DNA of 64,000 nucleotides from an uncultured Christensenellaceae bacterium (GTDB lineage Bacteria; Bacillota; Clostridia; Christensenellales; DTU072): NCBI GenBank assembly GCA_964613035.1, contig CAZTFQ010000002.1, positions 21,901 to 85,900 of the forward strand, read 5' to 3'. Shown piece by piece: positions 56,624 to 64,000 of this stretch (position 1 is its first letter; each line of letters starts with the position of its first letter). The notes under the pieces were generated by a model. It saw only the letters and a program-made list of their open reading frames with translations, ran no database searches and was not told where the DNA came from. The position numbers and the translations under genes were made by a program.

Positions 56624-56651
56624 AGAAAAAAGCGGAACCGAAGTTCCGCTT
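56624..56651 (-). terminator. Rho-independent terminator after parB
   Basis: On the minus strand, GCGGAAC-TTCG-GTTCCGC followed by TTTTTT. Confidence 0.6.
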
Positions 56652-56666
56652 CCCGTTGTATAATCC

Positions 56667-57560
56667 TTATTTTAAACTCTCGAGTATCTCCACAAAGCGA
56701 TCCAGGTCGTCCTTGGTGTAATAATCGATATAGATTCTTCCTTTGTTCTCGTTACCGACGGCTCTTACTCTGGTGCCGAAGGCTCTCTGCATATCGAGGA
56801 TGAGATTTTTCATCTCCAGAGACATTCTTTCGCGCTGCTCCTCGGTCATTTTCTTTTTCTTAAGCTCGGGGTTGAGAATTTCCTTTACGCCCTTTTCCAC
56901 TTCTCTGACGGAGAGACCTTTTTCTACGATCTTGCGGGCGTATTCGGCTTGTCTCAACTCATCCTTAATGGGAAGCAACGCTCTGGCGTGACCCGCGGAC
57001 AGTCTGCCGTCTCTGATAAGTCCTTTAACAGCTTCGGGAAGAGCCAGAAGCCTCATCGTGTTGGCGACGTTGGAACGCGATTTGGATACGCGCTTGGCAA
57101 CTTCTTCCTGAGTCATTTTGTTGAGTTCCATCAACTGCTTGAGTGCCTCGCCTTCTTCTATGGGGTTGAGGTTCTCTCTCTGCAGGTTTTCGATAAGAGC
57201 TATCTCTCTCGCCTGCTCCTCGCTCATCGTCTTGACGACGGCGGGGACGGAATCGAATCCCGCCAGCTTGGCGGCTCTGTAACGTCTCTCGCCTGCTACG
57301 ATGACGAACTTTTCTCCGACCTTGTTAAGAACGAGCGGCTGAATGATGCCGTGTATGCGGATGCTTTCCGACAACTCCGCCATAGCCTCGTCGTCGAAAT
57401 ACTTACGGGGCTGCTTGGGGTTGGGGGTAATCTTGGACAGCTCTACGTTATAGATCTTTTCGCCGTCGACGATCTCTACCACTTCTACGCTCTTTTCTAC
57501 TCTGGCGTCCTCGAGGTTAGCCAGAATATCGGCTAAACCTTTACCTAACTTTTTTGCCAT
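56667..57560 (-). CDS. parB: Chromosome partitioning protein ParB/Spo0J
   Basis: ParB N-domain IIQPLVL..VGEKFVIVAGERRYRAAKLAG plus an HTH. RBS AGGAGGG. Confidence 0.9.
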   Translation of the reverse strand: MAKKLGKGLADILANLEDARVEKSVEVVEIVDGEKIYNVELSKITPNPKQPRKYFDDEAMAELSESIRIHGIIQPLVLNKVGEKFVIVAGERRYRAAKLAGFDSVPAVVKTMSEEQAREIALIENLQRENLNPIEEGEALKQLMELNKMTQEEVAKRVSKSRSNVANTMRLLALPEAVKGLIRDGRLSAGHARALLPIKDELRQAEYARKIVEKGLSVREVEKGVKEILNPELKKKKMTEEQRERMSLEMKNLILDMQRAFGTRVRAVGNENKGRIYIDYYTKDDLDRFVEILESLK

Positions 57561-58263
57561 TTTTCCCTCCTGCTACGGGGTTAATCCTTGGTTTGTTTCC
57601 TCCGCGCGGAAATCTTTTATCCGTGCGCGAAATCTTGTCATATACTATTATGTATCTTTTTTCGTCATTTTTCAAGTCGTAAGCGACAATTTCTTTTAGC
57701 TCGAGTCCGAGAATCTTCTCTGCTCCGTCGGCGGCGGCGAGCTCTTCCGTATAATTCTTGCCTTTATAAAGCAAAGCTTTTCCGCCCGGCTTCACCAGCG
57801 GCGCCACGTACTCGAGAAGAGTGTTAAGAGGCGCTACGGCTCTGGCGGTGACCACGTCGAAACGTTCTCTTCCGTCCGCTCTCGCGTAATCTTCTATTCT
57901 CGAATATCGCACGTTAAGGTTGCCTAAACCAAGCTCTCGGGATACTAAATCGAGAAAATTGCATTTCTTCCCGACGCTCTCGATTGCCGTTGCTTCCACG
58001 TCCGGACGAGCTATCGCGATAGGAATTGCCGGGAGTCCCGCACCGCTCCCGACGTCGGCAAGCTCTGCTCCCTCCGGGATTAAATCAACGAGAAAAAGGC
58101 TGTCGCGAAAGTGTTTTTCGACGATTCCTTCGTCGTCGGTTATGGCGGTGAGATTGTATTTTTTATTTTCCTCTTTTATAAGCTCGGCATATCCGTAGAG
58201 AAGATTTTCGGCATTTTCGTCCAATCCGAGCTCTTCCGCGAGGCGATGTAGGAGATCTTTCAT
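57541..58263 (-). CDS. rsmG: 16S rRNA (guanine527-N7)-methyltransferase
   Basis: GidB family. SAM motif VADVGSGAGLPAIPIAI. It overlaps parB by 20 nt. Confidence 0.85.
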   Translation of the reverse strand: MKDLLHRLAEELGLDENAENLLYGYAELIKEENKKYNLTAITDDEGIVEKHFRDSLFLVDLIPEGAELADVGSGAGLPAIPIAIARPDVEATAIESVGKKCNFLDLVSRELGLGNLNVRYSRIEDYARADGRERFDVVTARAVAPLNTLLEYVAPLVKPGGKALLYKGKNYTEELAAADGAEKILGLELKEIVAYDLKNDEKRYIIVYDKISRTDKRFPRGGNKPRINPVAGGKNGKKVR

Positions 58264-60107
58264 TTCTTTAATTTCCTCTCTATGAGAAGCACCGTCACGT
58301 CGGCGGGGCTTACGCCGGATATTCTCGACGCCTGCCCGAGCGTCAAAGGTCTTATTAATGAGAGCTTTTGTCTGGCTTCGAGTCTCAACCCGTCGATTTT
58401 TTCGTAATCTATATCGTCGGGTAGTTTGACGTCCTCGAGCCTCTTCATCTCTTCTATTCTGCGACGTTCCTTTTCCGCATAACCCGCGTACTTGACGTCC
58501 GTTACGGCGGTGTTAAGGTCGTCCGAAGTCTCCGACGAGAAGTCGTCGTCCAAAGAAACCAGCTCCTTCACTCCGACGGATTTTCTTCTGATGAATTCTT
58601 CTCCCGTCACGCCGCCCGTCGAAGGGGTCTCTCCGAGATTTTCAAAAATAGGATTGACGATTTTTGGCGAATAACTCTTCTTAAGTTTAGTTTTAATTCT
58701 CTCTACGGCATTTTTTCTAACGGAAAATCTTTCGTATTGAGCCTGCGTGACCGTCCCGAGTCGATATCCTTCTTCCGTCAGCCTGAAATCCGCGTTGTCT
58801 TGTCTTAAAGACAATCTGTACTCGGCTTTGGCGGTCATCATTCTGTAAGGCTCCTCGGTGCCTTTAGTCACCAGGTCGTCGATTAATACTCCTATATAAG
58901 AGCTGTCTCTCGAAAAAACGTATCCGTCCTTGCCTTCCAGTCTCAGCGCGGCGTTAAGACCTGCCGCATATCCTTGCACGGCGGCTTCTTCGTATCCGGA
59001 ACTTCCGTTGATCTGTCCCGCGGTAAACAATCCTCGCACGCGTTTCGTTTCCAGCGTAGGGTAAAGTGCCAACGGGTCTATGCAGTCGTATTCTATAGCG
59101 TAGGCATAGCGCGTAATGACGGCGTTTTCAAGTCCCTTAATAGAACGGACCATCTCTTCTTGTACGTCGTAAGGAAGGGAAGTGGAGAGCCCCTGGAGAT
59201 AAACCTCGTCGGTATCGGCGCCTTCCGGCTCGACGAAGAGCTGATGTCTGTCCTTGTCGCCGAATCGGACGACCTTGGTTTCTATGCTGGGACAATATCT
59301 CGGTCCCGCCGATTCTATCGTTCCGTTGTATAGAGGCGCTCTGTCGAGATTGTTGAGAATAATCTCGTGCGTTTTTTGATTGGTATAAGTCAAATAACAG
59401 CTGAAATCGTTCTCTAGCTCGGAGGTTTCTTTGCAGAACGGAACGGGATTTTCGTCCCCTTTCTGCTCCGTCATTACGGAAAAATCCACGCTGGAACGGA
59501 GAAGTCTCGGCGGAGTGCCCGTCTTAAACCTTCTTATCGGCAATCCTGCGTCTATAAGGCTGTCCGTAAGGCGATCCGCACCGCGAAACGACGACGGTCC
59601 CGACGCGCGCTGATACGATCCTATAATTATTTTCGACTTAAGATATACCCCGGTAGCCAATACTACGACGTCTGCGTATATAGTCCTGCCGAGTGCCGTT
59701 TCGACGCCTTTTATAGTCCCGTCTTCTATGATGAGAGAGGAGCATTCGTCCTCGGATATTTCAAGATTGTCCGTCCTCTCAAGCTCCAGCTTCATAAGAC
59801 GGTGATATTTGTTTTTGTCTACCTGTGCTCTCAGACTGTGCACGGCGGGCCCGTTGGCAAGATTGAGCATTCTGGACTGTATAGTCGCCTTGTCGGCTAT
59901 TTTCCCCATAAGCCCGCCCAGCGCGGTCAATTCGCATACCAGATGCCCCTTAGCCGTACCTCCCACGTTGGGGTTGCAAGCCATAAAGGAAATCGCGTCC
60001 AGCGACATAGTGAGAAGAAGGGTTTTATGCCCTTTATGTGCCAATACTCGAGCACTTTCCACGCCGGCGTGCCCGGCGCCTACCACTATAGCGTCGTATT
60101 TTATCAT
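58260..60107 (-). CDS. mnmG: tRNA uridine 5-carboxymethylaminomethyl modification enzyme MnmG
   Basis: FAD site YDAIVVGAGHAG. 615 aa GidA family. Confidence 0.95.
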   Translation of the reverse strand: MIKYDAIVVGAGHAGVESARVLAHKGHKTLLLTMSLDAISFMACNPNVGGTAKGHLVCELTALGGLMGKIADKATIQSRMLNLANGPAVHSLRAQVDKNKYHRLMKLELERTDNLEISEDECSSLIIEDGTIKGVETALGRTIYADVVVLATGVYLKSKIIIGSYQRASGPSSFRGADRLTDSLIDAGLPIRRFKTGTPPRLLRSSVDFSVMTEQKGDENPVPFCKETSELENDFSCYLTYTNQKTHEIILNNLDRAPLYNGTIESAGPRYCPSIETKVVRFGDKDRHQLFVEPEGADTDEVYLQGLSTSLPYDVQEEMVRSIKGLENAVITRYAYAIEYDCIDPLALYPTLETKRVRGLFTAGQINGSSGYEEAAVQGYAAGLNAALRLEGKDGYVFSRDSSYIGVLIDDLVTKGTEEPYRMMTAKAEYRLSLRQDNADFRLTEEGYRLGTVTQAQYERFSVRKNAVERIKTKLKKSYSPKIVNPIFENLGETPSTGGVTGEEFIRRKSVGVKELVSLDDDFSSETSDDLNTAVTDVKYAGYAEKERRRIEEMKRLEDVKLPDDIDYEKIDGLRLEARQKLSLIRPLTLGQASRISGVSPADVTVLLIERKLKK

Positions 60108-60108
60108 A

Positions 60109-60546
60109 CTAGTTGTCTATGATGACGTTGGCAGGTCCCCATATGCTGACGTCCACCGTCATATCTCCTCCGAATTGCCCCGTGCCTACGTGCTTGACGT
60201 AAGTCTCGAGCTCCTTAATAAACATTTCGTATTTAACTATCGCTTCGTCGTACGGCGCCGACTTGTCGAAATTGGGGCGTCTGCCGTGACGAGCGTCGCC
60301 GTACAGAGTGAAGTTGGATATGACGAGAGCGTCGCCGTCCACGTCCACGCAATTGTCGGTCAGCTTGCCCGTAGCTCCTCTGAATATTCTTAAGTGAGCC
60401 ACTCTGTCAGCCATCCATTTAACGGTAGACTCGTCGTCTTCGCGATTGAACGCGACCTGCACCATTATACCTTCTCCGGCTTCTCCCACCGTTTCTCCGT
60501 CTACAGTTACTCGACCGTGACGTATTCTCGTTACCAATGCTCTCAT
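60109..60546 (-). CDS. dtd: D-aminoacyl-tRNA deacylase
   Basis: MRALVTRIRHGRVTVDGE...SNFTLYGD...GRRPNF, a DTD fold with the SQFTL-like motif. Confidence 0.85.
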   Translation of the reverse strand: MRALVTRIRHGRVTVDGETVGEAGEGIMVQVAFNREDDESTVKWMADRVAHLRIFRGATGKLTDNCVDVDGDALVISNFTLYGDARHGRRPNFDKSAPYDEAIVKYEMFIKELETYVKHVGTGQFGGDMTVDVSIWGPANVIIDN

Positions 60547-60547
60547 T

Positions 60548-61849
60548 CTACTTACCTACGCAAAAACTATTGAATATATTGTCTATGACGTCTTCAGTGA
60601 CATTCTTGCCCATGATGCGATACAGCTCGTCCGCACAAGCCCTCAAATCTATGAGTACAAGTTCGGGAGATAAGGTTTTATAATCCCTAATCGCGTCGTT
60701 GAGGAGCCCTAATGCCGATTTTATCGCTGCGACGTGTCTGTCGCGCATTACTATCGAAGTGTGTGAAACGCCTTCTAAATCCAGCTTCTCGAGTATCGCG
60801 TCCGAGAGTGCCTCTATGCCGGAAGAATTCTTCACGGATATCTCTATATCCATTCTGGGATCGCTACTGCCGATGTCGGACTTGTTGCCTACAAGGATGG
60901 TTTTTTCGTCTTTTATAAGTACGGGATTGTCTCGAGTGAGGTCGTACACTCTCAAGATGACGTCCGCTCCTTTTATTTCTCTCTCGGCTCTCTCTACTCC
61001 TATTTTTTCTACCGCGTCGTCCGTTTTTCTCAGTCCTGCGGTATCTACGAAATTGATCTTAACGCCCTTGATTTCCATGCTCTCTCTGAGTACGTCTCTG
61101 GTCGTACCGGCTATATCCGTGACTATGGCTCTGTCTTCCATAAGAAGGGCGTTGAGAAGGGAAGATTTTCCCACGTTTGGTTCTCCCGCGATAACGACGT
61201 CGGCGCCTTTTTTTATAATGCGGCGTTTTTCCGCGCAAGCCAACATCTTTTCAAGCCTTGACGACACTTCTTTTAATAAGGATTCCGCTCTGCCGAGGTC
61301 GTTTTCGTCCACTTCTTCCGGATAATCGAGAGTCACTTCCAACTCGGCTATGGCTCTCATCAGAACGGCAGCCGTCTCTTCTATCTCGCGCCCCGTCTTT
61401 CCGCTCATCAGGCGATATGCCTGATTAAGTTCCGCAGTGGATTCCGCGCCGATAACGTCGGCTATTCCTTCCGCCTCGTCGAGAGTTACTTTTCTGTTAA
61501 GGAAAGCGCGTCTGGTAAACTCGCCTCTGGCAGCGGGACGGGCGCCCTTTTCTACGCACAGAGACACCACCGCGGACAGAAGCGTTTCTCCGCCGTGACA
61601 GTGAAATTCCACTACGTCTTCGCCCGTAAATGATTTAGGCGCCTTGTAATAAACACAAAACGCCTTTTCTTGAAAATCTTTACCCGACAGAGTGCCGAGC
61701 GTCATTTTATTAGGCTCCGGAGAAGTCAGAGAACGTCCGTGGACGGAGAATATTTCGGACGCTATCGATAGCGCTCTGTCTCCGCTGAGTCGGACTATAC
61801 CTATTCCCCCCGCAGCTCCCGTCGCGGTCGATATTGCGACTATAGTCAT
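60548..61849 (-). CDS. mnmE: tRNA modification GTPase MnmE
   Basis: TrmE N-domain. G-domain GEPNVGKSS / DTAG. C-terminal FCVGK. Confidence 0.9.
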   Translation of the reverse strand: MTIVAISTATGAAGGIGIVRLSGDRALSIASEIFSVHGRSLTSPEPNKMTLGTLSGKDFQEKAFCVYYKAPKSFTGEDVVEFHCHGGETLLSAVVSLCVEKGARPAARGEFTRRAFLNRKVTLDEAEGIADVIGAESTAELNQAYRLMSGKTGREIEETAAVLMRAIAELEVTLDYPEEVDENDLGRAESLLKEVSSRLEKMLACAEKRRIIKKGADVVIAGEPNVGKSSLLNALLMEDRAIVTDIAGTTRDVLRESMEIKGVKINFVDTAGLRKTDDAVEKIGVERAEREIKGADVILRVYDLTRDNPVLIKDEKTILVGNKSDIGSSDPRMDIEISVKNSSGIEALSDAILEKLDLEGVSHTSIVMRDRHVAAIKSALGLLNDAIRDYKTLSPELVLIDLRACADELYRIMGKNVTEDVIDNIFNSFCVGK

Positions 61850-62412
61850 TAGAATCTTCTCTTTTTGCCGAAACTTCTTGCTTTTCCGAAACCCGTTCTG
61901 GAAAAATCCGATTTGCCGTACTGTATCTCTATTTCGGAAGACGCGGACACCGGCTCGGAATAATTCTTGGGGATAATTACGACGTGACGATCTTTTCCTT
62001 CGCCTTCCGACTCGGTATCGGCGTATTCACAGTCCGCAATGGCGAAGTGAATGATACGTCTCTCGTACGGATTCATAGGCTCCAGACTCTGTTTTCTGCC
62101 CGTTTTATGAGCCTTTTCCGCCAATCTTAAGGCTAATTTAGTGAGAGTGGCGCGTCTTTTGTCGCGATAGTTTTCAGCGTCTACGTAGATTCTCTTAACG
62201 TCGTGTTCTTCCGCAAGAGCGGTCGCCATGGTCTGAAGAGCGTCCAGGCTCTCTCCTCTGTGACCGATGAGGCGAGACGCGTCTTTTCCTACGATAGTGA
62301 AGAAAACGCCTTCTTCTCTCTCTTCGACTTCTATTTCGACGTCGCAGTTGAGATTAGCGGCGACGCCTTTTAGAAAATCGGATATTTTTTGATAAATTTC
62401 ATTGTTTTCCAT
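61849..62412 (-). CDS. khpB: Jag/KhpB (Jag_N + KH + R3H) RNA-binding protein
   Basis: Jag N-domain, KH-like domain, and R3H signature RRIIHFAIA...HVVII. Confidence 0.8.
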   Translation of the reverse strand: MENNEIYQKISDFLKGVAANLNCDVEIEVEEREEGVFFTIVGKDASRLIGHRGESLDALQTMATALAEEHDVKRIYVDAENYRDKRRATLTKLALRLAEKAHKTGRKQSLEPMNPYERRIIHFAIADCEYADTESEGEGKDRHVVIIPKNYSEPVSASSEIEIQYGKSDFSRTGFGKARSFGKKRRF

Positions 62413-62425
62413 ATATTTCCTCTGA

Positions 62426-63487
62426 TTAGATATTTTCTTCTTCCAGCTCCTTTTTGGCGTCGATTTTTTTGGTTATGACGTTGTAGAGGAGATTAAACAC
62501 CAGCGTAATGAGGGAGTTGATGACCATATAGAGGGTAAACGCCGCGCTATAGAGGATAGCGAACACGAACATCATTATCGGCATCGTCCACTGCATCATC
62601 TTCATAGAGCTCTCTTGAGACTTCTTCTGTTCTTCTGTCTGACCGGCTACCTGGGGTTGCTCGGCGGGCTTGATAAGCTTGGTAGAGAGAATATTAAGGA
62701 TGAGGGCAACGATGGGGAGTATGAGATAACCGTTCCACTCGCCGCCGCCGTCCTCGTTATAGTTGTACTTAGCCATAACCTTACTCATAACTTTATCGTA
62801 CTCCGTACTGTCGACGGAATCCGATCCGGTCACGCCTACGCCGCCCAGTCCCGTACCGTAAAAAGTCGCCGCGTCGGGGATGGGTTGAGACCAGTTATCG
62901 CCTATAAAAATGTTCTTGGTAAGAAGGAATCTTTCTATTTCATACGCTTCGAGAGCCGCGTCTTGACCTGCCTCAATCGCAAGTTTAGTATCCTTAACAT
63001 CGCCTGTTTGGGACTCCAAACTGGCATTATATGCGGTCTCGTACGCGTCGTGACAATTGTCGTAGACGACTGAATTGTGATACGTACAAGCGGATCTGAA
63101 TCCTGCGAAAACGACGAAGAATATAACCAGCGTCACTATAGAAGGCAGACAGGCTTTCATGGGGCTGTACTTATATTTCTTGTTGAGGGCTCTCTGTTTG
63201 ATATAGAGCTGTTGCTGGTCGTTTTTGAACTGCTTCTGGATCTTCTCGAGTTCCGGTTGCATGGATTTCATCTTTTTGGCATTTTTTCTTGTGATTTGTT
63301 TTTGCCAAAAATCGAACGGTAAAACTATTATTTTCAAAAATACCGTGAACAGTATAACCGTCACGCCGAAAGCTCCGATAACGCTCGTCTCGGATATTCC
63401 CCAGCTGGCTACCCAGCCGTATAGAACCTCGTATATCAGCTTACCTATAAGGTTGAGCTCGGTTGCGAGTAATGTCATAGCACCCAT
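62426..63487 (-). CDS. yidC: YidC/Oxa1-family membrane protein insertase
   Basis: Short Gram-positive-type YidC (353 aa) with the conserved TM2 region and a C-terminal basic tail. Confidence 0.85.
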   Translation of the reverse strand: MGAMTLLATELNLIGKLIYEVLYGWVASWGISETSVIGAFGVTVILFTVFLKIIVLPFDFWQKQITRKNAKKMKSMQPELEKIQKQFKNDQQQLYIKQRALNKKYKYSPMKACLPSIVTLVIFFVVFAGFRSACTYHNSVVYDNCHDAYETAYNASLESQTGDVKDTKLAIEAGQDAALEAYEIERFLLTKNIFIGDNWSQPIPDAATFYGTGLGGVGVTGSDSVDSTEYDKVMSKVMAKYNYNEDGGGEWNGYLILPIVALILNILSTKLIKPAEQPQVAGQTEEQKKSQESSMKMMQWTMPIMMFVFAILYSAAFTLYMVINSLITLVFNLLYNVITKKIDAKKELEEENI

Positions 63488-63717
63488 TTAATATTTCCTC
63501 TCAAATTGCGTCGGACGGGATCATAGCCTCCCTTGTGCAGTGGAGTGCAACGGAGAAGCCTCCTTAATCCTAAAAAAACGCCTCTTATACATCCGTATTC
63601 TTCTACGGCATCGTACATATACATCGAGCAAGTCGGAGTATAGATACACTTGGCTCCGATACTCGGCGATATGAATTCTTTATAAAAAACAAGAGCCTTT
63701 TTAACAAGAAACTTCAT
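63475..63717 (-). CDS. yidD: Membrane protein insertion efficiency factor YidD
   Basis: YKxxISP...C.YxPTCS.Y signature (YKEFISPSIGAKCIYTPTCSMY). Confidence 0.85.
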   Translation of the reverse strand: MKFLVKKALVFYKEFISPSIGAKCIYTPTCSMYMYDAVEEYGCIRGVFLGLRRLLRCTPLHKGGYDPVRRNLRGNIKWVL

Positions 63718-63961
63718 TCTCTAAAATGCCCGCTTTTTTTAATAATGCGGCGAAGTCGTCTCGAATCTCCGCATAACTTATTTCTAATACGGCGTCTCTT
63801 AAAGTGACCACCATATTATACTTTTTAAGTTGATCGGATACTCCGACGAAAATCTCTTTTATTCTCCTCTTAAGGAGATTTCTGGTGACGGCGTTGCCTA
63901 TCTTTTTAGATACGGATATACCTATTTTTAGACTACCCGCCGGGACGTAGCGTAGAGTCAT
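63701..63961 (-). CDS. rnpA: Ribonuclease P protein component
   Basis: RNR-like basic motif KKIGNAVTRNLLKRRIKE. The reading frame remains open upstream to the window edge. Confidence 0.8.
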   Translation of the reverse strand: MTLRYVPAGSLKIGISVSKKIGNAVTRNLLKRRIKEIFVGVSDQLKKYNMVVTLRDAVLEISYAEIRDDFAALLKKAGILENEVSC

Positions 63962-64000
63962 ATATTTAGATTCTACGCGACGACCTTTACGTCTGATATA

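Noticed and set aside
56469-56666. oriC between parB and gyrB
   Set aside because: No DnaA-box cluster or AT-rich DUE with 13-mers was found here. Only the alternating Pu-Py tract and a terminator are present, and dnaA is not adjacent.

Overview
This 64 kb window is from a low-GC-Gram-positive-type (Firmicutes/Clostridia-like) chromosome with about 50% GC, AGGAGG-type ribosome-binding sites and lipobox lipoproteins. It has three parts.

1. Left third (1-26.9 kb), accessory: a partial P1B heavy-metal ATPase and an MFS transporter, then a GH32 fructanase locus. The GH32 gene is surrounded by secreted lipoproteins that share a LamG/concanavalin-like domain plus Listeria-Bacteroides repeats. Two convergent ArsR-fusion regulator paralogs sit in the same locus. 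After these come a tRNA cluster (fMet, Met and Glu) containing a 63-nt tandem repeat, and a four-helix-bundle gene cassette flanked by duplicated hairpins. Next are a cholesterol-dependent-cytolysin-like protein with a Gly/Asn-repeat C-terminus and a 1017-aa protease-like surface protein.

2. Middle (27.0-41.3 kb), the standout: a 15-gene minus-strand operon. It encodes an FtsK/SpoIIIE(EssC)-like triple-domain ATPase and five small helical proteins. It also encodes an acidic-TM-LRR membrane protein, a Zn-ribbon/TPR/possible-TIR protein and an SPFH+Zn-ribbon protein. It further encodes three Snf7/ESCRT-III-like paralogs, a Vps4-like MIT-AAA ATPase and a BrxL-N-like P-loop ATPase. The operon is driven by a promoter whose spacer carries a G10 homopolymeric tract. 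I regard this as a candidate novel bacterial ESCRT-III/Vps4-type membrane-remodelling (or secretion/defence) system.

3. Right (41.3-64 kb), housekeeping: pyrG, cysS, cysE, a beta-helix protein, a CwlD-like amidase, ychF, uppP, gyrA and gyrB, then the origin-proximal cluster parB-rsmG-mnmG-dtd-mnmE-jag-yidC-yidD-rnpA. That cluster has no parA and no dnaA in the window.

The intergenic regions also show DnaA-box-like motifs, tandem terminator repeats and alternating purine-pyrimidine (Z-DNA-like) tracts.
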